This document shows positions 34,400 through 42,462 of a stretch of 64,000 nucleotides of DNA, in pieces. Source of the DNA: Anaerolineales bacterium (lineage in GTDB: Bacteria; Chloroflexota; Anaerolineae; Anaerolineales; E44-bin32). The notes under the pieces are model-generated. The model ran no database searches. It was not told the DNA's origin and worked only from the letters and a program-made list of their open reading frames with translations. Each line of letters opens with the position of its first letter. Position 1 is the stretch's first letter. The position numbers were made by a program, and so were the translations under genes. The stretch spans positions 9,785 to 73,784 of the forward strand of contig DATEVL010000038.1 in NCBI GenBank assembly GCA_035281845.1, in the 5' to 3' direction.

Positions 34400-35101
34400 A
34401 TGCCAGAACGCCCGGCGCGTCACCGGATCGCCGACCTGCAACACTCCGATCGGCCCCGTGAGCGGCTGGCGAACCAGGGCGCGGCGGCTCTCGCCGACGC
34501 CGAGCTCGTCGCCATCCTGTTGCGCACGGGCACGCACGGCTGGAGTGCTCTGCGGCTGTCCGAGTCCCTTTTGCAGGACACGGGCGGCGTAGCCGGCCTG
34601 CAGCATGTACGCTTCGACGAGCTGCGCGCCCGTCACGGGATCGGATCGGCGAAGGCAGCGCAGCTGCTGGCGGCGATCGAGCTGGGGCGGCGATTCGCCC
34701 GAGCCGAACTTGCCGAGCGCCGAGCGATCCAGTCGCCGGAGGACGTCGCCGAACTCCTGCGCTATGAGATCGGTGGACGGGAACAGGAGCATCTGATCGT
34801 GGTCTTGCTCGATACGCGAAACCGCTTGCTGCGCATTGTCGAGGTGTACGTCGGATCGCTCAATACATCGGTCGTCCGCATCGGAGAGATCTTTCGCGAG
34901 GCGGTTCGGGCCAACGCCGCCGCGCTGATCGTCGCCCACAATCACCCCAGCGGCGATCCCAGCCCCAGCCCTGAAGACGTGGCCGTCACCCGGGCGATGG
35001 TCGAGGCCGGCCGCCTGCTCGACGTCGAAGTGCTCGATCATCTGATCATCGGCAAGGACCGGCATCTGTCGCTGCGACAGGCCGGCCTGGGATTTTCGTA
35101 G
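34400..35101 (+). CDS. radC: RadC-like JAB-domain protein (233 aa)
   Basis: RPRERL...LSDAELVAILLRTG and HNHPSGDPSPSPEDV motifs. SD GGAGGGGG before ATG 34400. Confidence 0.85.
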   Translation: MPERPARHRIADLQHSDRPRERLANQGAAALADAELVAILLRTGTHGWSALRLSESLLQDTGGVAGLQHVRFDELRARHGIGSAKAAQLLAAIELGRRFARAELAERRAIQSPEDVAELLRYEIGGREQEHLIVVLLDTRNRLLRIVEVYVGSLNTSVVRIGEIFREAVRANAAALIVAHNHPSGDPSPSPEDVAVTRAMVEAGRLLDVEVLDHLIIGKDRHLSLRQAGLGFS

Positions 35102-35108
35102 GTCGGCC

Positions 35109-36737
35109 ATGGCGCTCGACTTTCAGATCGTGTTGCTGCCGCGGACGGACTACTGGGTTTGGCTCGAGGCCTGCCGCAAGTATGTTCAGAAGTTCGGCGC
35201 CAACCTGACGCCCGACCCCGAAGTCGCCGCGCGTTACATGGCTCCGACTCAAGTCGTCACGCTGCCGGTGTTCGACGGGGCCTACCCCGACTTGGGAGAC
35301 CCCATCGATTGGTTCCGACGCAACCACGACGGGATTCGCCTCGACGTGATCGAGGCGGACAATCCGGAGAGGTTGGGGAAGGTCCTTCGTCGGCGCGCAA
35401 AAGACAACGACCGCTACGGGGCCAGCCGCCGTCCGTTCCACTTGATGTGGCCGACGGATTTTCCCGTGCTGACCCAGACCTTCGGAGCCAACCCGGCAGC
35501 TTATCGGCGTTATGGGATGCCGGGGCACGAAGGCGTCGATCTGCGTGCCCTGACGAACACCAACGTCTACGCTTGCGCCGATGGGGAAATCTACGAAGTT
35601 CATTACAACCCTAAGGACCACGCCTATGGTATCCACATCCGGATCCGACATGCCGACGGCTACAAGACGGTCTACGCCCACCTGGCCAAGGCGCTCGCCG
35701 GCAAGGGTGAATTGGTGCAGGCCGGCCAGTTGATCGGCCGCGCCGACTCGACGGGGAATTCGTCGGCCGCGCATCTGCACTTGACGCTGAAACGCGACGG
35801 CGCCACCGCTCGAAAGGAGACGATCTACCCCAAGGACATCATCGACCCGACTCCGTTCCTCGTTTGGCCGGCGCCGGTTTTCGGCAAGGGCCTCGAGGGA
35901 AGCCGGCGTGGCGCACACATAGGTTTGCATCTGGTTCGGACCGGCGGATTGGCGCCTCAGGAGCTGACGGCGGCCGCCACGGCCGGGTCGGAGGCGGTGA
36001 TGGTTTCCCACCTCGAGCCGAGGGAGACGATCGAGGCGCTTCGGGCAGCCCGTCCGTCGGTGCGCGTGTTCGCCCGCGTCACCGTGGCCCCGGCCAGCGA
36101 CGGAATGCAACCCGACCGCTTCGCGGCTAGGGTCGCCGGCGAAATTGGGCGCCTCTATCGCGTGGGGGTACGCGACTTCGAGGTCGTGTCGTGTCCGAAC
36201 GAGCACGGCGGCGGATTCGGCTGGCTGTGGAAAGACGGCGAGGCCTTTGGCGTCTGGTTCAGCGAAGTTGTGCGACGTCTCCGGGAGGTCTTTCCCGAAG
36301 GGCGCTTCGGATTCCCTACCCTGGCCAGCGGAGGCGACGTCACGGGCCGGCAGCAAAGCCCGCTGAGTTTTCTGCACCAGGCAGAAACCGCCGCTCACGA
36401 TGCGGATTGGCTCGGCATGGCTTGCGCGCCGGATCCACGAGATGCCGTTCTCGTGGGTTACCTGAACAACTATCCGAAGAAGCCAATCGTCATAACGGAG
36501 TTGGGCACGGAGGCGGAAGCGTCCTCGCCGGAGGCATTCGCCATTCGCTCCGTGGCGTTCGTCCGAGCCCTGCGTGAGACCCCCATCGAGGTCGTTCTCT
36601 TGAGAGGGCTGATCGCAGGCGCTCCGGCAGAAGAGTCGACGACATACTTCTGGGAAGCGCTGAAGATCCTGGCGGAGCCCTCACACCCAAACCCCCTCTC
36701 GCGTGCTGAAAGCTCGGCAGAGGGGGTTTGGGGGTGA
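35109..36737 (+). CDS. Signal-peptide-less fusion protein: N-terminal unknown domain + M23 peptidase + clan GH-A-like TIM-barrel domain
   Basis: M23 motifs HEGVDL and STGNSSAAHLHLTL. The C-terminal half has NEH...(acid/base-like CPNEHGG) and VITELG (nucleophile-like) motifs. The last about 20 codons and the stop lie in a palindromic repeat. Confidence 0.7.
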   Translation: MALDFQIVLLPRTDYWVWLEACRKYVQKFGANLTPDPEVAARYMAPTQVVTLPVFDGAYPDLGDPIDWFRRNHDGIRLDVIEADNPERLGKVLRRRAKDNDRYGASRRPFHLMWPTDFPVLTQTFGANPAAYRRYGMPGHEGVDLRALTNTNVYACADGEIYEVHYNPKDHAYGIHIRIRHADGYKTVYAHLAKALAGKGELVQAGQLIGRADSTGNSSAAHLHLTLKRDGATARKETIYPKDIIDPTPFLVWPAPVFGKGLEGSRRGAHIGLHLVRTGGLAPQELTAAATAGSEAVMVSHLEPRETIEALRAARPSVRVFARVTVAPASDGMQPDRFAARVAGEIGRLYRVGVRDFEVVSCPNEHGGGFGWLWKDGEAFGVWFSEVVRRLREVFPEGRFGFPTLASGGDVTGRQQSPLSFLHQAETAAHDADWLGMACAPDPRDAVLVGYLNNYPKKPIVITELGTEAEASSPEAFAIRSVAFVRALRETPIEVVLLRGLIAGAPAEESTTYFWEALKILAEPSHPNPLSRAESSAEGVWG

Positions 36738-36740
36738 GGG
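36678..36740. repeat. 22-nt-arm palindrome CCCTCACACCCAAACCCCCTCT ... AGAGGGGGTTTGGGGGTGAGGG between convergent genes
   Basis: Arms at 36678-36699 and 36719-36740. Same CCCTCAC/GTGAGGG family as 20021-20081 and 58240-58293. Confidence 0.8.
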
Positions 36741-36742
36741 GG

Positions 36743-37039
36743 CTACGCCGTCCGCTCTAACCTGAAATGCACGAATTCCCCTGTGGCCGTTTCCCACGCG
36801 ACATCCACTTGGTCGACGAGTGCAGCCCGAGGCCCCTGGCGAAGACGTAGCAACAGAGTCTCAAGTGAGGGGAGTGGACCCTCGGCGACGACTTCGACTC
36901 GCCCGTCGCGCAGGTTCCTCACCCATCCCGAGGCTCGTACGTCGTTGGCCGCGTCCTGGACGAAGTAGCGGAACCCAACGCCCTGCACCATGCCACTGAC
37001 GAAGGCGTGAAGTCTGGTAGACGAGTCGCTCATCGTCAA
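36743..37039 (-). CDS. acyP: Acylphosphatase
   Basis: [14 protein letters not shown]...[17 protein letters not shown]. Confidence 0.85.
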   Translation of the reverse strand: MTMSDSSTRLHAFVSGMVQGVGFRYFVQDAANDVRASGWVRNLRDGRVEVVAEGPLPSLETLLLRLRQGPRAALVDQVDVAWETATGEFVHFRLERTA

Positions 37040-37046
37040 TGGCCGC

Positions 37047-37952
37047 CTACCGCAATAGGCTCAATATCGGTACGAGAGTCAGAGGGCTGAGCACCGTCGT
37101 GAGCAGAATCGCCCCGGACACGAATTCGGGCTCCACGTCATATTGAGCTGCCAGGATGGAGGTCAGGACGGCGCTGGGCATGGCCGCCTCCAGGATTCCC
37201 GCCTGCGCCGCCGCCGGTGGAAGGCGGAACCATTGGGCGAAGCCCCACGCCAACGCCGGAGAGACGACGAGGCGCAGGACGGCTGTCAGCCCCAGAAGGC
37301 CCGGGCGGGTTGGGCGACCGTTCCTCCCGAGCTGCATGCCCAGCAGAAGCAACATCGAAGGAATCGTCGCGGCCGCCAGCAGTCCCACCGGCGCCGCAAG
37401 CACAGGGGGCAGCGAGAGGTGTTGGGAGCGTAGGTACAGGGCGAGGGGGATGGCATAGACCGCCGGGACCTTGGCCAGGCCTGCAAGCGCTTCCCGGGCG
37501 TTCGTCCGCCCGACACCGGCGATCCAGGCCCCGGCGGAGTTGGCGGTAAGCGATGTAGTCGAGAAGAAGACCGTCGCCCAGGCCAGGGTTACCTCGCCGA
37601 AAGCCAGTTGCGTGATCGGAAGCCCCAGGTTTCCCGCGTTCATGAAGGTCACACACAAGACGAAGGCCGAGGTCATTGTCCGGCTCAGCCCGAGCGCCCT
37701 CGCCAAGCCCCATGAAATGAGAGCCAGGACGAGCAGGAGCAAGGCGACAAACGCTGCCATGCGAAACATCTCGCCCACTTCGAACGGAATCTTGATCAAT
37801 AGGCTGAAGACCAGGGCCGGGGAGAAGGCGTAGAAGACGACCTGCGAGAGCGGCCGCGGATCGATTCGAAGCAGCCTTTGGAGTAAGAGACCCACGCCGG
37901 CCAGCATCATGACCGGGAGCAAGTTCTCGAGGAAGATCGTGAGCAGACTCAA
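37047..37952 (-). CDS. AEC (auxin efflux carrier) family transporter
   Basis: About 10 TM segments, with the typical N-terminus [18 protein letters not shown]. Confidence 0.8.
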   Translation of the reverse strand: MSLLTIFLENLLPVMMLAGVGLLLQRLLRIDPRPLSQVVFYAFSPALVFSLLIKIPFEVGEMFRMAAFVALLLLVLALISWGLARALGLSRTMTSAFVLCVTFMNAGNLGLPITQLAFGEVTLAWATVFFSTTSLTANSAGAWIAGVGRTNAREALAGLAKVPAVYAIPLALYLRSQHLSLPPVLAAPVGLLAAATIPSMLLLLGMQLGRNGRPTRPGLLGLTAVLRLVVSPALAWGFAQWFRLPPAAAQAGILEAAMPSAVLTSILAAQYDVEPEFVSGAILLTTVLSPLTLVPILSLLR

Positions 37953-38893
37953 TCGCCTCGGTCCTGGGCGCGCAGACCTTCCTCCAACTGCCGGGTGCTG
38001 TCGACGAAGGCCAAGTGCTCGAGGGACTCCTCGGCAGCCGAGGCCAGCGACGGATCGGGAGCGGCGCGCAAGAATCGGCGCAGGCCGCGTTCCGCCGACT
38101 TGCCTCCGATCTGGCCGAGCGCCCAGATGGCACGCTCCTGCACGTCGGGGTGGGTGTCTTCCAGCAGCTCGAGCAGTTCCGGAACGCTCCTACGAAGCTC
38201 CAGCTCACCCGCGGCCTGCGCCGCCTCCCTGCGGATTTCGGGTGAAGCGTTCCGCATTTCGGCAAGGACCGCCTCCCGCCAGCGCCGGTCGCCGGAACGC
38301 CCCATGGCCAGGAGCGCCGTCCGCTTCGACGAATCTTCCTGCGTTTCATACGCCCCTTGGATCAACCCCGTGACTTCCGGCCGAGAAGAATACCCGAGCG
38401 ACTCGATGGATCGCAGCCGCAAGTCCCGCTCGGGCGAGTCGGCCGCGGCGAGAAGCTTGTCCTCCAGTGCGCGTTTCTCCTCGTCGGCGACGTTGGCCAC
38501 CTCGCAGCGGTAGACGAATCGGCCCAGCGCGGCGGCGGCCTCGGCCCGAACCCCAACGTCGGGATCCGCCTGAAGGAGCTCCACAAACCTGCCCTGCAGG
38601 GAAGGGTCCTCGCATTCCCAGAGGTTCGCCAGGGCGCGCCGACGGACGAGGGGGTCGGGATCCGACAGCCCCAATCGCGCAAGCTGGTCGAAATTGAGCT
38701 CGATGTGCTCGCGCGCTTGCTCGCCGAAGACCTGCATCGCTTCCTGGCGACGCAAGGGAGGCAGTTGTTCCCAGACCCGGCGAGTCTCTTCGATCCCTGC
38801 CGCATCCAGGTCCGACAGGCCGCGCATCGAAGATGGACGCAGGTCGTCGGCCGAGCTTAGCGCGTCGAGCGCCTGGTCGAGAGTCGGGCTCAT
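37949..38893 (-). CDS. HEAT-repeat protein
   Basis: Repeated DPxVRxxAAxALG-type units (DPLVRRRALANL, DPDVGVRAEAAAALGRF, SPEIRREAAQAAGEL, HPDVQERAIWALGQIG). Confidence 0.75.
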   Translation of the reverse strand: MSPTLDQALDALSSADDLRPSSMRGLSDLDAAGIEETRRVWEQLPPLRRQEAMQVFGEQAREHIELNFDQLARLGLSDPDPLVRRRALANLWECEDPSLQGRFVELLQADPDVGVRAEAAAALGRFVYRCEVANVADEEKRALEDKLLAAADSPERDLRLRSIESLGYSSRPEVTGLIQGAYETQEDSSKRTALLAMGRSGDRRWREAVLAEMRNASPEIRREAAQAAGELELRRSVPELLELLEDTHPDVQERAIWALGQIGGKSAERGLRRFLRAAPDPSLASAAEESLEHLAFVDSTRQLEEGLRAQDRGD

Positions 38894-38908
38894 GGGTGGG
38901 GGCGGTGT

Positions 38909-39958
38909 CTAACGCGGCAGGACGAGCGGGTTGGAGAAATCTTGAATGTTGACGTAGGCCATCAGGATCAGCAGCAGCACGAACCCGATCGCATGAGCCA
39001 GACCTTCATGACGGGGCGACAGGCGCCGATGAAAGACGGCTTCGAACGCGACGAAAGCCAGCCGTCCTCCGTCCAACGCCGGAATGGGCAGCAGGTTAGC
39101 CAGCGCCAACCCGATGCTGATCAGCCCGACCAGGTTCAACGTCAGGAACGGTCGCTGGGCATCGCGGTCGATTTCGCCCGCCCAGGCGAACATGTCGTAC
39201 ATGCCCTTCAATCCACTGACCCTGGCGTCCTCGGGAGCGACATCACCTTGCATCAGCCGGGAGGGGAACAGCACCATGTTTTCGAACTGCAAGAACGCAG
39301 CGTTGACCCCGTAGACGCTCGCCTCGGGCCACGACGTCTGCAAGGTGGGGTGGCCGATCGTGATTCCAATCGGGCCTTCGTCCGGCGGATGCTCCGAGCG
39401 CGGGGTGATAGGCACCTTGATCGTCTCACCCTGGCGCAGCACGGTCAGGGTGATCAGCGTGTCGAGGTTGGCCGCCGTCGCGTCGCGCAACGTTTCGAAG
39501 CTGTTGATCTCGATGTCGTTGAATCTGATGGTGAGGTCGCCGCGCTGCAATCCGGCCGCCTCCGCCGGCGAGCCGGCGGCGACCTGCGTGACGATCACCC
39601 GCGCCGGGTCCGGTGCGGCGAACTTGTAGGCCGCAGTGAAGGCCAGCACCCCCAGCAGGATGTTGGCGCCTGGGCCGGCCAGCAAGACGAGCGCCCGAGT
39701 GCGCTTGGGTGCGCCGGCCAGACCCCCCGGAACGGAGGGGTCGTCTTCGCCGGCCGGCCGGACGAAACCGCCGAGCGGGATAGCGTTAACAGTAAAACGG
39801 GTTCCACCGGCTTGGAACAGCGTCAGCAGGCGAGGCGGGAACCCGATGCCGAATTCGGTGACTTTCACGCCCTGCAAACGTGCCGCGACGAAATGGCCGA
39901 ACTCGTGGCCGAGGATCAGCAGCGCCAGGATTCCGACGAAAACAAGTACATCTCTCAT
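38909..39958 (-). CDS. rseP: RIP metalloprotease RseP (M50 site-2 protease, 349 aa)
   Basis: HEFGHFVAAR (HExxH), a PDZ-like middle region, and a C-terminal NLLPIPALDGG motif. SD GGAG before ATG 39958. The longer ORF-track N-terminus is Arg/Pro-rich junk. Confidence 0.85.
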   Translation of the reverse strand: MRDVLVFVGILALLILGHEFGHFVAARLQGVKVTEFGIGFPPRLLTLFQAGGTRFTVNAIPLGGFVRPAGEDDPSVPGGLAGAPKRTRALVLLAGPGANILLGVLAFTAAYKFAAPDPARVIVTQVAAGSPAEAAGLQRGDLTIRFNDIEINSFETLRDATAANLDTLITLTVLRQGETIKVPITPRSEHPPDEGPIGITIGHPTLQTSWPEASVYGVNAAFLQFENMVLFPSRLMQGDVAPEDARVSGLKGMYDMFAWAGEIDRDAQRPFLTLNLVGLISIGLALANLLPIPALDGGRLAFVAFEAVFHRRLSPRHEGLAHAIGFVLLLILMAYVNIQDFSNPLVLPR

Positions 39959-40022
39959 GAGAAAACTCCGATGAGGGGACGGTTGTAACGGAACGATCCC
40001 CGATCGGATTATTCCTGGCGGG

Positions 40023-40031
40023 ATTATAGCA
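40023..40031 (-). promoter_or_regulatory. Extended -10 TGcTATAAT for rseP, overlapping the mvaD stop codon
   Basis: Minus-strand reading TGcTATAATcccgcc. 64-nt leader with SD. Confidence 0.4.
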
Positions 40032-41058
40032 GGGCGAGGAGGGGATCCTGTGGATCGAGTAATCGGGCCGGCCCGCCGGGCGCGGCGGCGAGCACCCGCG
40101 ACACTCCTGGGATGCGCCGAAGGCGGTCGGCCATTTCGTCGGCCACGTCCGCCGGGCACAGGCAGTGGACGTTGGGGCCTGCGTCGAGGGTGTAGCAGAG
40201 ATTGTCGCCCTGCTCGCGCCAGGTCCGCACCGTCTGGATCACGGAGATGCTCGCCGGAGCCCAGTAGAGCAACGGGGGCGAGGAAGTCTGCATGACCGCG
40301 TGCATCAGGTGGCAGTCGCGCTCGACCACTTCGACCAGGGAGGCGAAATCTCGGTCGAGCAGGGCGCGGCGGCATGCCTCGAGTCGGCTCGGGGCCGACG
40401 CGACTCGTGCCTCTTGCAGCGGGCTAGTGGCGGCGAGCTGATGTCCCTCGGTCGAACCGACGGCTTTGGGAACCGTCTCAACCAGGGCAATGAGATCGAC
40501 CAGCGCCCAATGACCGGGGTCGGCGATCGGCTCGGCGAAGGAGGTGCCATCGTCCTCGCCGGCACGCCACTCGACGTACCCGCCGAAAACCGACCGGCAC
40601 GCCGAGCCGGAACCGCGGCGGGCGAGGCGTGAAAGGTCGGAGGCCGTCAGGTCGAGGCCAGCCGCGGCCGCCGCCGCCAGACTTAGGGCGGCGAAGGCCG
40701 AGGCCGAGGAAGCCAACCCTGCGCCAGAGGGAAAATCACTGGCGCTGACGACTTCTGCCGACGTGCCGACGCCCGCTCGCCCGCGGACAAGGTCGAGGTG
40801 CAGGACCACTCTCTGACGTTCGGCCGCCGTGGCCGGTCGTCGGTTGAGGGTGACCCGGTCCGTCGCCAATTCGGAGTCGAAGTGGACCCGCGTTACCGTG
40901 TGAAGCCCGGCCAGAGTCATCGAAATCGAGCCGTTCCGGGGAAGGCGAAGCGCGTCGTCGCGGTTGCCCCAATACTTGATGAGCGCCAGGTTGGGATGAG
41001 CGGCGGCTATCGCCGAGCCGGGTTTCATGAGAGACGTCTCGTGTGAAGAGCCGGTCAA
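40024..41058 (-). CDS. mvaD: Diphosphomevalonate-decarboxylase-family GHMP enzyme (could instead be a phosphomevalonate decarboxylase)
   Basis: NLALIKYWGNRD...PRNGSISMTL...SGAGLASSASAFAAL motifs. The start may be the internal MKPGS (41028). Confidence 0.8.
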   Translation of the reverse strand: MTGSSHETSLMKPGSAIAAAHPNLALIKYWGNRDDALRLPRNGSISMTLAGLHTVTRVHFDSELATDRVTLNRRPATAAERQRVVLHLDLVRGRAGVGTSAEVVSASDFPSGAGLASSASAFAALSLAAAAAAGLDLTASDLSRLARRGSGSACRSVFGGYVEWRAGEDDGTSFAEPIADPGHWALVDLIALVETVPKAVGSTEGHQLAATSPLQEARVASAPSRLEACRRALLDRDFASLVEVVERDCHLMHAVMQTSSPPLLYWAPASISVIQTVRTWREQGDNLCYTLDAGPNVHCLCPADVADEMADRLRRIPGVSRVLAAAPGGPARLLDPQDPLLALL

Positions 41059-41148
41059 GGGGCGCCTTCGCCCCTGGTGTCGCTTCTGCGGATGACTAAG
41101 ACGTCTGAGATGATTCGTTCCAGAGAAGGACCCACTTGTCCGTCGTCG

Positions 41149-41916
41149 CTACGGGCGCGTATCGGCAACCCACTTCTCGACGCGCTCCGCCAGATGGGTT
41201 TGGGCGATCGGATCGGTGGGGAAGTAGGAAGCCGTCTCATCTTCTTCCGGAGCCATCGGCGACCGCAACGGCCCGACCGCCAGGAGTGGAAGGCGTGCGG
41301 CGCGCATCGCCTGCAGCGCGGTGCGGTGGTGGTTCAAGCGCGGGTCGAAAGGCGAAAGCAGAACGCCCAACAGGTCGAGGTCGGCGTTCATTTCCTGGCG
41401 GATCTGCGCCAGGGTCGCCAAAAACAGCCACAGGCCGCGCACGTGAGTGACGTCGGGTTGGCTTGGGACCAACACCGCTTCGGCCGCTGTCAGCGCGTTC
41501 ACTGTGAGCAGGCTCAAAGTGGAAGGGCAATCGATCAAGGCGATGTCGAAGTTGGCGCCGACCGAGCCCAGAACTTTTCGGACGACCATCTCTCGTCCGA
41601 TGCGCGAGGCCATGCCGAGCTCGGTCGAGGCCATGGCCAAGTCGGCCGGCGCCAGAAACAAGTAGGTTCCCGGCACGACCTCGCGCAAGACATCCCACAT
41701 CGCCACCGGGCCGGGCAGCGCGCCGCCCAGAACTTCAGCCAGGCTGGCCCCCGCCGTCGACTCGATGCCACAAAAGGTGGTGAGGCTGGCTTGCGGATCC
41801 AGATCGACCAGCAGGACGCGCCAACCCCGTTCGGCCATGATCATGCCCAGGGCGTGCGTTGTGGCGGTCTTACCCGAGCCGGCGCGGGGGTTGGCGATGG
41901 CGATCGTGCGCATCAT
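41149..41916 (-). CDS. ParA/MinD-family P-loop ATPase, solitary (255 aa)
   Basis: MMRTIAIANPRAGSGKTATT...VLLVDLDPQASLT...ALIDCPSTLS. The ORF-track 5' extension runs into tRNA-His and is rejected. Confidence 0.8.
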   Translation of the reverse strand: MMRTIAIANPRAGSGKTATTHALGMIMAERGWRVLLVDLDPQASLTTFCGIESTAGASLAEVLGGALPGPVAMWDVLREVVPGTYLFLAPADLAMASTELGMASRIGREMVVRKVLGSVGANFDIALIDCPSTLSLLTVNALTAAEAVLVPSQPDVTHVRGLWLFLATLAQIRQEMNADLDLLGVLLSPFDPRLNHHRTALQAMRAARLPLLAVGPLRSPMAPEEDETASYFPTDPIAQTHLAERVEKWVADTRP

Positions 41917-42208
41917 GACGGTGAGCCGTCGGCTCGCCAAGTTTACACCAGCCGCGGTCAGAACCGTTTCTGACCCGTCCTTTGAGCGGCAGAGAGCGCA
42001 TGAAGCGGCTGACGGGCTTTTGTTTGAATCGCGGCCGACGGTCGAAGTGAAAAGAGATCCGGGGCCGCCGTCTTTTCGCCGGGCCCTACGTCCCCCGGGG
42101 GCGCGCCTTCGTCCAGACCCCTCCTGGGTATGCCCGAAGGGTGAGAGGGTGGCCGCCACGAAAGGGCACCATCGGGCGTCCCACGGGAAGGCGGCCACGA
42201 CGCTCATA

Positions 42209-42234
42209 GGAAAAGACGCCCCGGTGGGCGTCTT
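42209..42234 (-). terminator. Intrinsic terminator after tRNA-His
   Basis: Minus-strand AGACGCCC-ACCG-GGGCGTCT followed by TTTTCC. Confidence 0.7.
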
Positions 42235-42239
42235 GTTAG

Positions 42240-42312
42240 GGTGGGCGACGGGTTTCGAACCCGCAACCTTCCGGTCCACAGCCGGACGCTCTGCCATTGA
42301 GCTACGCCCACC
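42240..42312 (-). tRNA. tRNA-His (anticodon GUG) with encoded G-1, no encoded CCA
   Basis: Hand fold of the minus strand: G-1, acceptor GTGGGCG/CGCCCAC, D arm GCTC-AATGGC-AGAGC, anticodon stem TCCGG/CCGGA with loop CTGTGGA, T arm GCGGG-TTCGAAA-CCCGT, discriminator C. Confidence 0.9.
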
Positions 42313-42325
42313 ACGTTCGCGAGCA

Positions 42326-42334
42326 AGTATGCCA
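42326..42334 (-). promoter_or_regulatory. Extended -10 TGgCATACT 13 nt upstream of tRNA-His
   Basis: Minus-strand reading TGgCATACTtgctcgcgaacgtG(G-1). Confidence 0.4.
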
Positions 42335-42345
42335 CAAATGAAGAA

Positions 42346-42445
42346 GTGATCAGTGGTCAGTGGCCAGTGGTCGGTGGCGTAGCCGCAGCCTTTAGGCTGC
42401 GTCCGTGCCGCAGGCTAAGGCCTGCGGCTACCACTGGCTACTCAT
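42346..42445. repeat. Heptamer array (CAGTGGT-type x4, 42351-42378) plus nested palindromes (GCCGCAGGC-TAAG-GCCTGCGGC)
   Basis: Read directly. The right edge CTACCACTGG is complementary to the heptamers. Confidence 0.8.
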
Positions 42446-42462
42446 AACTGATGACGTGTCCT

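Noticed and set aside
35046-36398. 450-aa minus-strand ORF opposite the M23-GH fusion gene
   Set aside because: It has no motifs and an Arg/Pro/Gly-rich composition. The plus-strand frame carries M23 and glycosidase-like motifs.
37138-38349. 403-aa alternative-frame ORF across the AEC transporter and HEAT genes
   Set aside because: It is extremely Arg/Pro/Ser/Gly-rich. The annotated frames give a coherent 10-TM transporter and HEAT repeats.
41917-42297. 127-codon N-terminal extension of the ParA-like ORF
   Set aside because: It overlaps tRNA-His and its terminator, and the translation is junk-like. The Walker A motif lies immediately after the MM start at 41916.
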